Below are positions 54,881 through 63,588 of a stretch of DNA of 64,000 bases, piece after piece. The notes beneath the pieces are model-generated. The model was not told the origin of the DNA. It did not search any database and was given only the letters and a program-made list of their open reading frames with translations. Within the stretch, counting starts at the first letter, position 1. Every line of letters starts with the position of its first letter. The position numbers were made by a program, and so were the translations under genes. The stretch is taken from assembly GCA_036504235.1 (NCBI GenBank), contig DASXVN010000030.1, forward strand, positions 12,677 through 76,676. The letters run 5' to 3'. This stretch comes from Armatimonadota bacterium (GTDB lineage: Bacteria > Armatimonadota > Zipacnadia > Zipacnadales > Zipacnadaceae).

Positions 54881-55564
54881 CTAACCGGCGGGCGGTGCGG
54901 GAACGGCGGGAGCGGGCGCCGGAGCCTCGCTGGGCGCAGGCAGCGCCGGGGCCGGCGCGGCAGCGGCGCCCGTGTCAGGCGCGGCCGGGGCCGGAACCGG
55001 AGTCGGCGAGCCGGGCGCCTCGGCGCCGGCGGGAGCCTCGGTGGCCGCGGGGGCCTTGGCCTGGCCGTCGCTGACGGTCTTGGCCAGACCGGTAAGCTGG
55101 TCGGTCACGAGCGCCTGCAGGGCTTCCCGCTGCTCCACTAGCTTCTTCTTGGCCGACTCGAGGCCCGCCTTCTTGGTCTGCAACAGACCGACGGCCTCCG
55201 TGTCCTTGTTGGCCTCGGCGTCCAAAATCATGCTGTTAAGTGACTTAATGCCCTTGTCGAGGGCGGTCTCGCCGGCCAGGAGGTCGCCGGCCTGGACCTG
55301 GGCGAGAGCGGCCAACAGGTCGGTGCCCAAGCGGGTCGTCTCCAGCGTGCGCATCTGCTGGCGCTGATCGGCCTCGCGCTGGGCTGCCAAGCGCTTCTGG
55401 TTCATCGTGTACATGAGGGCCACTACGACCACCACGGCGATGAGGATGACCACGACCAGGAGACTACCCCGGCCGCCCTTCTTGCGCCCTGCAGCAGGCT
55501 CCAAAGTGAGATTCTCGAGATCGTCGGAACCGGCGTGGGACTGCGTATCGTTCTGGTCGGCCAT
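54881..55564 (-). CDS. Single-pass membrane protein with a coiled-coil region and a Pro/Ala-rich C-terminal tail
   Basis: TM segment 'LLVVVILIAVVVVVALMY' and tail 'PAPAAPDTGAAAAPAPALPAPSEAPAPAPAVPAPPAG'. GAAGGAGGG RBS before ATG 55564. Confidence 0.65.
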   Translation of the reverse strand: MADQNDTQSHAGSDDLENLTLEPAAGRKKGGRGSLLVVVILIAVVVVVALMYTMNQKRLAAQREADQRQQMRTLETTRLGTDLLAALAQVQAGDLLAGETALDKGIKSLNSMILDAEANKDTEAVGLLQTKKAGLESAKKKLVEQREALQALVTDQLTGLAKTVSDGQAKAPAATEAPAGAEAPGSPTPVPAPAAPDTGAAAAPAPALPAPSEAPAPAPAVPAPPAG

Positions 55565-55822
55565 GCGTCGCCCTCCTTCAGAAAACCCCACTAGCAGGCT
55601 TTGCTAGTTATTAATCGCTAATTATAGGGGCATTTCCCCCGAGTGTCAAGCCGGGACCGGAGAGCCCGCCCTTGGCAAAGGCCGCGGCTGGTGCTATAGT
55701 AGCACCCGGTTTGCACGCGCCCCGGGGCCGGTCCGGCGGGAGTTGACGCTCTCGCGGGAGCCCGGGTGCGCCGCTTTTCCCCAACTTACTTCAGCGCCTC
55801 CGAGGCGCGCCCCCGCGAGGTC

Positions 55823-56836
55823 ATGATGAGCCAGATTATCGCCGATATCCGCACCCGCGCCGCCCGTTTGGGCAAGCGCATCGCCCTCCCCGAAGCCGAA
55901 GACGACCGCACCCTGATCGCTGCCCGCCAGGCTACCGACGCCGGGCTGGCCCAGATCGTCCTGATCGGCTCTCCCGACGAGATTGCCGGCCGCGCCGAGC
56001 TGATCGGCCTGGACCTGTCGGACGTGACCGTGGTCGATCCGCAGGACCCGGCGGTGCGCGCCAAGTGCGTCGCCCTTTATATGGAGGCGCGCGCCGCCAA
56101 GGGCGCCACGGAGGCGGAGGCGCTGGAGCAGGTCGCCGACCCCATGGTCGTCGCGGCCTGTCTGCTCCGCGCGGGCGAGGTAGAGGGCAGTGTTGCCGGC
56201 GCCAGCCACTCTACCGCCGAGACGCTCCGCCCCCTGCTGCGCATCGTGGGCCTGCAGAAGGGAATCTCGGTGGTCTCCAGTTGTTTCATTATGGTGACTC
56301 CCGCGGTGACTATGGGCGAGCAGGGCGTATTCGTCTTTGCCGACGCCGGCGTGGTGCCCCAGCCGACCGCGGAGCAACTGGCCGATATTGCCATCACCAC
56401 CGCCCAGAGCGCCGCCCTGTACCTGGACTGCCAGCCGCGGGTCGCGATGCTATCCTTCTCCACCAAGGGGAGCGCCTGCCACCCGGACGTGGACAAGGTC
56501 GTCGAGGCGACCCGAATTGCCCAGGAGAAGGCGCCGGAGCTGCTGATTGAGGGCGAGTTGCAGGCTGACGCCGCGCTGGTGCCGGCGATCTCCGCCTCCA
56601 AGGCCCCCGGTAATAAGCTGGGCGGGCGGGCCAACGTGCTGGTCTTCCCCGACCTGGATGCGGCTAATATCGGCTACAAACTGGTCCAGCGCCTGACCGG
56701 CGGCGAGGCCTACGGGCCGCTGGTGCAGGGCCTGGCTAAGGCCGGGATGGACCTGTCGCGCGGCTCCTCGGCGGACGAGATCACCAATGTGATCGCGATC
56801 GCGGCCCTGCGCGCCGAGGCCCTGGCGAAGAGCTAG
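55823..56836 (+). CDS. pta: Phosphate acetyltransferase
   Basis: 'RIALPEAEDDRTLIAARQA...' and 'ANVLVFPDLDAANIGYKLVQRL', typical of Pta. Confidence 0.9.
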   Translation: MMSQIIADIRTRAARLGKRIALPEAEDDRTLIAARQATDAGLAQIVLIGSPDEIAGRAELIGLDLSDVTVVDPQDPAVRAKCVALYMEARAAKGATEAEALEQVADPMVVAACLLRAGEVEGSVAGASHSTAETLRPLLRIVGLQKGISVVSSCFIMVTPAVTMGEQGVFVFADAGVVPQPTAEQLADIAITTAQSAALYLDCQPRVAMLSFSTKGSACHPDVDKVVEATRIAQEKAPELLIEGELQADAALVPAISASKAPGNKLGGRANVLVFPDLDAANIGYKLVQRLTGGEAYGPLVQGLAKAGMDLSRGSSADEITNVIAIAALRAEALAKS

Positions 56837-56863
56837 GCGCGCCGACGATCTACCACCAACAAA

Positions 56864-56893
56864 ACGACCCGGAGGCTGGCGCCTCCGGGTCGT
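56864..56893. terminator. Bidirectional terminator hairpin between pta and the convergent prepilin-like gene
   Basis: 'acgacccggaggc-tggc-gcctccgggtcgt', flanked by an A-run on one side and a T-rich run on the other. Confidence 0.7.
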
Positions 56894-56926
56894 TTGGGTT
56901 TGACGGTGCTGGTGCGGCGGATGCTA

Positions 56927-57625
56927 CTAGTCGGTGCCGTACCAGAAGTGGCGGGCGGTCTTGTAGTTGGGGTCCGCCGGGGTGGTCAGAGCCGTGTTGC
57001 TGAGGCTGCTGAGGAAGACCTGACCGGCCAGCCACTTGGAGTGTCCATCCATGAAGCCGATGTTGCCGCCCGAGTTGTGCCGGGAGGCGACGTAGAGGTC
57101 GCCCGTGCCGGTGGCTGCCGGCGCAGAGTTGCCCTGCAGGATCTCGAGGACGCGTCCGTTCTCGGCCGGGAACTCGATAGACGTGCCGTTGAAGGTGTTG
57201 TTCGCGCCGCCGACGCGATAGTGCTGCTGGAAGCCGTAGCCGATGTAGACGGGGATGCCCCAGGGGTTGGTGCCGTTGTAGTCGCCGTAGCCGCCGTAGT
57301 CAGCGACCGTGCTGATCGGGTCTTTGCCGGCGCTCCCGGGCAGGGCCGAGGGGCACTGTAGAATCTGAACGTTCTTGATATACGGGAAGATCTGGCAGTC
57401 CCAAGCGAGGGGATAGCCGCCACCGTACATGGGCAGCCACTGGTCGTTGTCGGCCGCGTACATGAGGACGCCGAGAGTGATCTGCTTGACGTTGGACAAG
57501 CAGTTGGACTGCTGGGCTTTGGCCCGGGCCCGGGCGAATACCGGGAACAAGATCGCGGCCAGGATCGCGATAATCGCGATAACGACGAGCAACTCGATCA
57601 AGGTGAAACCCTTTCTGGTCTGCAT
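56927..57625 (-). CDS. Prepilin-type N-terminal cleavage/methylation domain protein of the DUF1559 / H-X9-DG class
   Basis: '[30 protein letters not shown]' and C-terminal '[16 protein letters not shown]'. Start at ATG 57625 with a GAAGGAGTGG RBS. Confidence 0.9.
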   Translation of the reverse strand: MQTRKGFTLIELLVVIAIIAILAAILFPVFARARAKAQQSNCLSNVKQITLGVLMYAADNDQWLPMYGGGYPLAWDCQIFPYIKNVQILQCPSALPGSAGKDPISTVADYGGYGDYNGTNPWGIPVYIGYGFQQHYRVGGANNTFNGTSIEFPAENGRVLEILQGNSAPAATGTGDLYVASRHNSGGNIGFMDGHSKWLAGQVFLSSLSNTALTTPADPNYKTARHFWYGTD

Positions 57626-57924
57626 CTTAACCACTCCTTCATGTGAGATAAGCGCAGGGCGCAGTCCTCGCGGACTTGCACTCTGAGCGGTGCGGACAGA
57701 TCGTTTCATAAAACCAGTTGTTCCGATGTAATTGGACATCGGCGGCTATCGCTTATGGTGACTATGCGCAGCTTACAATCAAACCGAGCAAGTGTCAAGC
57801 AAAATGTGGCCGATTGCTACGATTTCTCTGACGCCGCGGGTTTGCGCCGAGTTCGGAAGGGCGCTGAGGCGGATACGCTACGTACCCGGTCTCGAACAGG
57901 TGGCCCGACAGTGCGCCACCAGGG

Positions 57925-57953
57925 TTGACATAGGTTCGGGCTTGTGATAACAT
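57925..57953 (+). promoter_or_regulatory. Candidate sigma70-type promoter TTGACA-N17-TAACAT upstream of rpsE
   Basis: TTGACA at 57925..57930 and TAACAT at 57948..57953. A leader hairpin 'gcctccc-agttacgc-gggaggc' follows. Confidence 0.4.
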
Positions 57954-58019
57954 CACCGGGCTTGCCTCCCAGTTACGCGGGAGGCTTAGACATTCTGTGG
58001 GCGGAGGTTCCAGGACAAG

Positions 58020-58625
58020 GTGCTACAACAGCGCGAGCAACTCGCAGAGGAAAAGTTTGAAGACCGTGTCATTCGTATAGATCGGACCCGCAAGACCGTT
58101 AAGGGCGGCCGCATCTCGTCCGCCCGCGTGGTCGTCGCTATCGGCGACGGCAAGGGCCGGGTCGGCCTGGGCGTGGGCAAGGCGCTGGCCGTGCCGGACG
58201 CCATCAACAAGGCGATCAAGCAGGCCCGCAAGAACGTCATCCGCATCCCGATGGACGGCGTGACGATTCCCCACACGATCCAGGCCAAGGTCGGCGGCGC
58301 GCAGATCATGCTCAAGCCCGCCTCCCGTGGTACCGGGATCATCGCCGGGGGCGCCACTCGCCAGCTCATCGAGATCAGCGGCATCCGCGATATCCTGACC
58401 AAGTCGCTGGGTAGCGGCAACGTCTTCAATCGCGCGCAGGCCTGCTTCAAGGCCCTGCAATTGCTGCGGAGCCCTGAGGAAATGGCAGAGCTGCGCGGCC
58501 AGACCGTCCAGCAGATGCTCGGCCGCACCGTCGTAGACGCCTACGCGGACAAGCCCGCCCCGGAGCCCGTGGAGGAGCCGGTAGTCGAGGCTCCCGAGGC
58601 CCCGGCGGCTCCCGCGGCCGGCTAG
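58020..58625 (+). CDS. rpsE: 30S ribosomal protein S5 with a Pro/Ala/Glu-rich C-terminal extension, encoded outside any ribosomal operon
   Basis: 'VKGGRISSARVVVAIGDGKGRVGLGVGKALAVPDAINKAI...LKPASRGTGIIAGGATRQLIEISGIRDILTKSLGS'. GTG start at 58020 with a GGAGG RBS. Confidence 0.85.
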   Translation: MLQQREQLAEEKFEDRVIRIDRTRKTVKGGRISSARVVVAIGDGKGRVGLGVGKALAVPDAINKAIKQARKNVIRIPMDGVTIPHTIQAKVGGAQIMLKPASRGTGIIAGGATRQLIEISGIRDILTKSLGSGNVFNRAQACFKALQLLRSPEEMAELRGQTVQQMLGRTVVDAYADKPAPEPVEEPVVEAPEAPAAPAAG

Positions 58626-58656
58626 GTACGCGGTCAGCAGTACCCGTGAATACAGG

Positions 58657-58687
58657 CGGCCCCGGCGATTGCCGGGGCCGTTTCGTT
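58657..58687 (+). terminator. Rho-independent terminator after rpsE
   Basis: 'cggccccggc-gatt-gccggggccg' followed by 'tttcgtt'. Confidence 0.7.
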
Positions 58688-58709
58688 GTGCGGGGCGGGC
58701 GGGGGGCGG

Positions 58710-60335
58710 TTAGGCGACCAGGCGCTGGTCGGAGTCGAGGGGCTCCTCGCCAAAGCCGGTGGCGGCCGCCGGCAGGATGACCTCGAAGATGCTGCCCAGG
58801 CCGATCTCGCTGGTCAGGCGGATCTCCCCGCCGTGCAATTCCACCAGTCTGCGGGCCATGAACAGCCCCAGCCCCAGGCCCTCCGGTCCCCCGTCGCCGT
58901 GGTGGTGGCGGGCGCCGCGGCAGAACTTGTCAAATACGGCCTGGCGCTCCTCGGCGGGGATGCCCGGGCCGGTGTCGCTGACGCTCAGGCAGACCGTGTC
59001 GGCGTGGCCGACCGCCATCAGCGTGACGCTCCCCCCGTCCGGCGTGTACTTGAGCGCGTTCTCCCCCAGGTTGCACAGGACCATCTCCAGGCGCAGCGGG
59101 TCGCCCCAGACTACCGGCAGGTCCGACATGATCATGCAGTTGATCTCCAGATCGCGCCCCTCCGCCCGCAGTTGCAGGACCTCGGCGACGCGCCGGACCA
59201 GGGCCTCCGGGTCCAGGTAGGCAAACTCCAGAGTGTAGACGCCGCGCTCGAGGTGGCTGCAATCCAGCAGGGTGCTGACCAGGCGGCTGAGGCGGCGGGT
59301 CTCGCGGTTGAGGGCGTCCAGGGCCTGGGTGCGCTGATCCTGGTTCATGTCCTCGCCCAGCGTACCGAGCACCTGGGTGACCGCCCGCAGGGTGCTTAGC
59401 GGGGAGCGCAATTCGTGGGAGACCACCGCCAGGCCCTCCTCCCGCATGCGCGACGCGGCCCGCAGCTCGGTGATGTCCTCCGCCACCACGACCCAGCCGA
59501 GGGGGACCTGGGCCCCCCGGGGGCAGGCCACCGTGGAGACGCGCAGGTCCCGGGGCTGCTCCCCGTCCAGCTCCACCAGCCGCACCAGCGGGCCGGTGGA
59601 GTCCAGCGACGTGTGCACATCGGCCAGGAGCTTGCTCAGGTGCGGATGATCGGAGGTATCCTGGGCCAGCCGACCGATCAGTTCGCCGGAAGGCAGGTTG
59701 AGAATCTCGCCCATGCGCTCGTTGGCCAGGACGACGCTGCCGGCGGCGTCCAGCAGGAGCACGCCCTCGGTGAGTTGACCGACGACCTGCTCGTTGGTCT
59801 GCCGCTCGCGGTCCAGCACTCCGGCCAGCGCCTGTCCCAGCCAGCCGACGGCCACCGCCGAGACGACTTCCCCGACCAGAATCCAACCGGTCTTCTCGTT
59901 CAGCCCGTTGGCGGCAGCGCAGGCGGTGAACCAGGCGATCACCGTGGCCGTGGTAAAAGGGAGGGCCAGCGGCATGGAGTTGAAAAAGACCCCGGCAAAG
60001 AGAATGACGATCAGCATCAGGATGGTGAAGGGGCTGGTGAAGCCGCCGGTGCCGGCGATCAGCAGCATGAGCCAGGCCAGATCGCCCAGCAGCACACAGC
60101 AGGCCCCCAACCCGGTGGCGCCCCGCTCCTCCAGGCGCTCCCAGTTGATCAGCCAGCGGCTGGCGACGCTCAGCGAGGCCGCCAGGGCCAGGGCCAGCCA
60201 GGCCACCAGCACTCCGGAAGGCTGCTCCGGTGAGGCGAGCAGGAACAGCCCGGCGAAGGCCACCAGGAAGCTGCGGACCTTGTCCGTTTCGTGGAGCAGA
60301 CTGAGTTCTTTCTTGCAGGCACGGGAAATGGTCAT
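58710..60335 (-). CDS. Sensor histidine kinase, paralogue 3
   Basis: H-box 'VSHELRSPLSTL' and 'ENALKYTP...DTGPGIP...GLGLGLFMAR'. ATG 60335 (MTISRACK) with a GGAGG RBS. Confidence 0.85.
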   Translation of the reverse strand: MTISRACKKELSLLHETDKVRSFLVAFAGLFLLASPEQPSGVLVAWLALALAASLSVASRWLINWERLEERGATGLGACCVLLGDLAWLMLLIAGTGGFTSPFTILMLIVILFAGVFFNSMPLALPFTTATVIAWFTACAAANGLNEKTGWILVGEVVSAVAVGWLGQALAGVLDRERQTNEQVVGQLTEGVLLLDAAGSVVLANERMGEILNLPSGELIGRLAQDTSDHPHLSKLLADVHTSLDSTGPLVRLVELDGEQPRDLRVSTVACPRGAQVPLGWVVVAEDITELRAASRMREEGLAVVSHELRSPLSTLRAVTQVLGTLGEDMNQDQRTQALDALNRETRRLSRLVSTLLDCSHLERGVYTLEFAYLDPEALVRRVAEVLQLRAEGRDLEINCMIMSDLPVVWGDPLRLEMVLCNLGENALKYTPDGGSVTLMAVGHADTVCLSVSDTGPGIPAEERQAVFDKFCRGARHHHGDGGPEGLGLGLFMARRLVELHGGEIRLTSEIGLGSIFEVILPAAATGFGEEPLDSDQRLVA

Positions 60336-60524
60336 AAGCTTTCGCCTCCGCGCCGAGACTTGGGGCACGGTAGAGTGGGCGTGCGGACAGTGAGGTTATC
60401 GGCGAGGGGCAGGCAAACCCAAGGGGCGGCCTCGATTTCGGCAGGAAAGCGATAGCCGCGCCGTTTCGCCCGGGGCTGCCGCCGCCCCGGCGTGTCCGCG
60501 TGCTCAGGATGAGGGCCGAGGCGC

Positions 60525-62132
60525 TCAGCGGGCGGGAATAGTCCGGTACGCCGCGGGCGTCACCGTGATGACGGCGACCAACTCCGAGCGCGCCGGTGTG
60601 GAGGCCGGCGCGGGGCCTCCCGCCGTTGGAGGGGCCGGCGCCGGGCCGCCCGCGAGTCCCTCCAGCGAGGCAATCGTTACGCCTGGGAACCCCACCACCA
60701 GCCATTCCTTGCTCTTCGCCGTAACCTGCGAAGTGAGCGGGTCGCTGATCTGGAGGTCGCCAGGATTCAGGCGCACCGGCGGGGCGCACGGCTGGCCCGT
60801 CCCGACGCGGGAAGTGTCCACGGTCAGGGTGACGCTGTCGTCCGCGCTGATGATCAGGGGCGTCAGGCATAGGGACACGCCGGCGAAGCCTGCGCGCGGC
60901 TCCCACAGCCTCTCGCCGCGGTCGCCCGCGCGCGAAGCGTATCCGCGATAGAGCGAACCCCACAGGGTCGTAAGGGTCCGGTTATTGTTCACCATGTACT
61001 TGCCGGACCCGAGCTGTCGGGCGATACCCTTGTTAAGCTGGGTCCGCAGGGTCGCGGCGAGCTTGGGCGGGGCAAGACCCACCGCTCCGGGCACCTCCGG
61101 CTCCCCTTCGGCAAGGAGTATCTCCACCAAGTTCACGCACACAGTAATCTCGCGCCGGGGCTGGTCGAGCAACGTGAGAACCTCGCGAAATTGCAACACC
61201 CCCTCGGGCGGGCCGGACACCAGCAGCGTGTTACCGGTTTCGTCGGCCATGATCCTCACATCCGCCGGGAGGAAACTCTTCATGTCCTCGCCGCGGCTCC
61301 GGGCGGGTCCGTAGTTGCCCACCGGAACTGCGTTGAAGGTGAGCTGGTTCTTCAGTCCCGCGCCGGGGTCTCCGGTTGCGGGGAGCGTGATTCCCAGGAA
61401 CGCCTCGTTCAGCAGCCGCGACACCCGCGGCGCCAGGACCTCGGGTAGCTGAACCGAGGGGACCGGCGTGTCCCCAAAATACGCCGTCGCCGTCTCCGCC
61501 GCCGAGACATACTTCAGCGGCAGGCTCTCGATCACGAGGCAGTCCGCGCGGGTCGGCGCGACGGGGTCGGCGGAGGCAGCCAGGGGCACCAGCACCGCCG
61601 CGCCGGAGGACGGATGCGCCGGGGGCAGCCAGGGGCTGACCTCGCCCAGGGGCGGGGCGGGGATCACCGGAGGCATATACTGGAGCCCCGGCGGCGGCAG
61701 GATTACTGAAGGCCCGTACTCAGGAGGTTCAGGGCGGGGCGGGGACAGCAGGCGCGGTGTCGGCGTCGGCCGTGGGATCGGGGCCGCCTCTGCTGCCGGG
61801 GCGTCAATGACATAAGCGTTCCCCCGCTTGCTCAGGGTCATTCCCGCTGCTTGGGCGACGGCGGTGAGGGCCTGTTCGGCGGATACGTCCTTCACCTCCA
61901 CGTTCTTAACGTTCCCCTTGACTCCGGCCCCCATGAGCAGGTTGATCCCGCCCGCTCGCGCGATTGTGGCCAGCGCGTCCGCTACCGGGGTGTCCTGGAA
62001 GTGGAAACTGAGGAGGGCGCCCTCCGTCGGCGCCGGACCTAGCGGTGTGGGGACGGGATCAGCGAAAGCAGTAGGAACCAGCACGGCAGCGCCCAGGAGA
62101 ACGGCCAGCAGGAGACGAGGCAGGTGTATCAT
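60525..62132 (-). CDS. Secretin-like outer-membrane protein (STN-like N-domain plus GspD/PilQ-type C-terminal region)
   Basis: Signal peptide 'MIHLPRLLLAVLLGAAVLVPTAFA'. 'FQDTPVADALATIARAGGINLL...' is STN-like. C-terminal '...REITVCVNLVEI...VSLCLTPLIISADDSVTLTV...ELVAVITVTP' follows the secretin pattern. The family assignment rests on motif resemblance only. Confidence 0.55.
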   Translation of the reverse strand: MIHLPRLLLAVLLGAAVLVPTAFADPVPTPLGPAPTEGALLSFHFQDTPVADALATIARAGGINLLMGAGVKGNVKNVEVKDVSAEQALTAVAQAAGMTLSKRGNAYVIDAPAAEAAPIPRPTPTPRLLSPPRPEPPEYGPSVILPPPGLQYMPPVIPAPPLGEVSPWLPPAHPSSGAAVLVPLAASADPVAPTRADCLVIESLPLKYVSAAETATAYFGDTPVPSVQLPEVLAPRVSRLLNEAFLGITLPATGDPGAGLKNQLTFNAVPVGNYGPARSRGEDMKSFLPADVRIMADETGNTLLVSGPPEGVLQFREVLTLLDQPRREITVCVNLVEILLAEGEPEVPGAVGLAPPKLAATLRTQLNKGIARQLGSGKYMVNNNRTLTTLWGSLYRGYASRAGDRGERLWEPRAGFAGVSLCLTPLIISADDSVTLTVDTSRVGTGQPCAPPVRLNPGDLQISDPLTSQVTAKSKEWLVVGFPGVTIASLEGLAGGPAPAPPTAGGPAPASTPARSELVAVITVTPAAYRTIPAR

Positions 62133-62320
62133 GGCGGATATCCTCCCCGACAAACAGGTGTGAAAGACGAGTGGTTACATATCATACATCTGACTCGCGG
62201 AGAAGGTTCCCGGGGGAGTCTGAAAGATCGCGGCCCTTCTTGCGGAGGAGTGACCGGGGCGGGTAGGGAATCCTACGGCGGTTCTTAATAGCTGACGGAG
62301 CAGATTAGGAGAGAGTTGCG

Positions 62321-63442
62321 ATGAGCGAATACCTGTTGCCTTTGGAGAAGCCTCAGCCGGATGTGGAGGCTTTTGTGCGGAGCATGAAGGGCGAGATCGT
62401 GCCCGCGCGGGTGCCCTTTGTGGAGTATATCGTGGATGACGTGCTGATGAAGCCGCTGCTGGAGCGGATGGGGCGGAGCTGGGTGGACCCGCCTGCGGAG
62501 GGCACCCACGGCACCGCCGACGCCCGGCCCTCGCGGGACCCCGCTTACTGGGACAATTTCATCGCCTTTTGGCACCACATGGGCTACCCCTATGTGCGGC
62601 TGGAGGTCTCGCTGGGCTTTCCCTACGCCCACCGGGCCGTGGCCGATACCGCCACCGGGGTCGAGGCCGACCGCTCCTGGCCAGACCAGCACCACGGCAA
62701 GATCACCTCGTGGGACGACTTCGAGAGTTACCCCTGGCCGCAGGTGGAGAACTTCGACTTCTGGCCCTTTGAGTACCTGGCCTCGCACTTGCCGGAGGGC
62801 ATGGGCCTGATCGCCAATCACGCCGGCGGGCCGCTGGAGTGGACCAGCCACATCCTCTCCTATGAGGGGCTGTCCATGATGCTCTACGACGACCCGGCGC
62901 TGGTGCAGGCCATCTGCGACCGGATCGGCGGGCTGTCGCTGGAGGTCTACAAGCACCTGGTGGAGCTGCCCAACATGGTCGCGGTCTTCCCCGGCGACGA
63001 CATGGGCTTCAAGACCGGCACGCTGATTCACCCGGACCATCTGCGCCGACTGAATCTGCCCTGGCATCAGAAATACGCTGCCCTGGCCCACGAGCACGGG
63101 TTGCTGTACTTCCTGCACTCCTGCGGGCAGCTCTCGGCCATCATGGACGACCTGATTGACGTGGTCGGCGTGGACGCCAAGCACTCCTATGAGGACGCGA
63201 TCTGCCCGGTGACCGAGATGTACGAGCGGTACCACGAGCGCATGGGTCTGCTGGGGGGTATAGATATTGACGTGCTCACGAGGGCGAGCGAGCCGGAACT
63301 GCGGGCCTACGTGCGCCGGGTGCTAGACGTCTGCGCCAGCCGCGGGCGGTATGCGCTGGGCTCCGGGAACTCGGTGCCGAGCTACATTCCGCTCGATAAC
63401 TACCTGATCATGCTGGATGAGGGGTTGAGGTGGGGGAAGTAG
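62321..63442 (+). CDS. Uroporphyrinogen decarboxylase (URO-D) family protein, paralogue 3
   Basis: '...FLHSCGQLSAIMDDLID...' and C-terminal '...YALGSGNSVPSYIPLDNY', as in the other two paralogues. Confidence 0.7.
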   Translation: MSEYLLPLEKPQPDVEAFVRSMKGEIVPARVPFVEYIVDDVLMKPLLERMGRSWVDPPAEGTHGTADARPSRDPAYWDNFIAFWHHMGYPYVRLEVSLGFPYAHRAVADTATGVEADRSWPDQHHGKITSWDDFESYPWPQVENFDFWPFEYLASHLPEGMGLIANHAGGPLEWTSHILSYEGLSMMLYDDPALVQAICDRIGGLSLEVYKHLVELPNMVAVFPGDDMGFKTGTLIHPDHLRRLNLPWHQKYAALAHEHGLLYFLHSCGQLSAIMDDLIDVVGVDAKHSYEDAICPVTEMYERYHERMGLLGGIDIDVLTRASEPELRAYVRRVLDVCASRGRYALGSGNSVPSYIPLDNYLIMLDEGLRWGK

Positions 63443-63458
63443 TGAGGTTTTCCGGTCT

Positions 63459-63539
63459 CTCTCAGTGGCACCGGCGTCTCGCCGGTGTCGGGCGGCACCT
63501 TGCGAGCGGACACCGGCGAGACGCCGGTGCCACTGAGAG
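63459..63539. repeat. Perfect 31-bp inverted repeat (19-nt loop); each arm contains its own 19-bp palindrome
   Basis: 63459..63489 'ctctcagtggcaccggcgtctcgccggtgtc' is the exact reverse complement of 63509..63539. The inner palindrome is CACCGGCG-tct-CGCCGGTG. Confidence 0.8.
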
Positions 63540-63588
63540 GGGGGAACGGCCGGCGCTTCTCGATTGTCTATGCTAAGGGCGAGAAGAA

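Noticed and set aside
58930-60963. 677-aa minus-strand ORF spanning the third histidine kinase and the secretin-like gene
   Set aside because: It is out of frame with two well-supported genes and crosses their intergenic gap. The translation is dominated by Arg/Pro/Gly/Ala. It is a GC-driven artefact.
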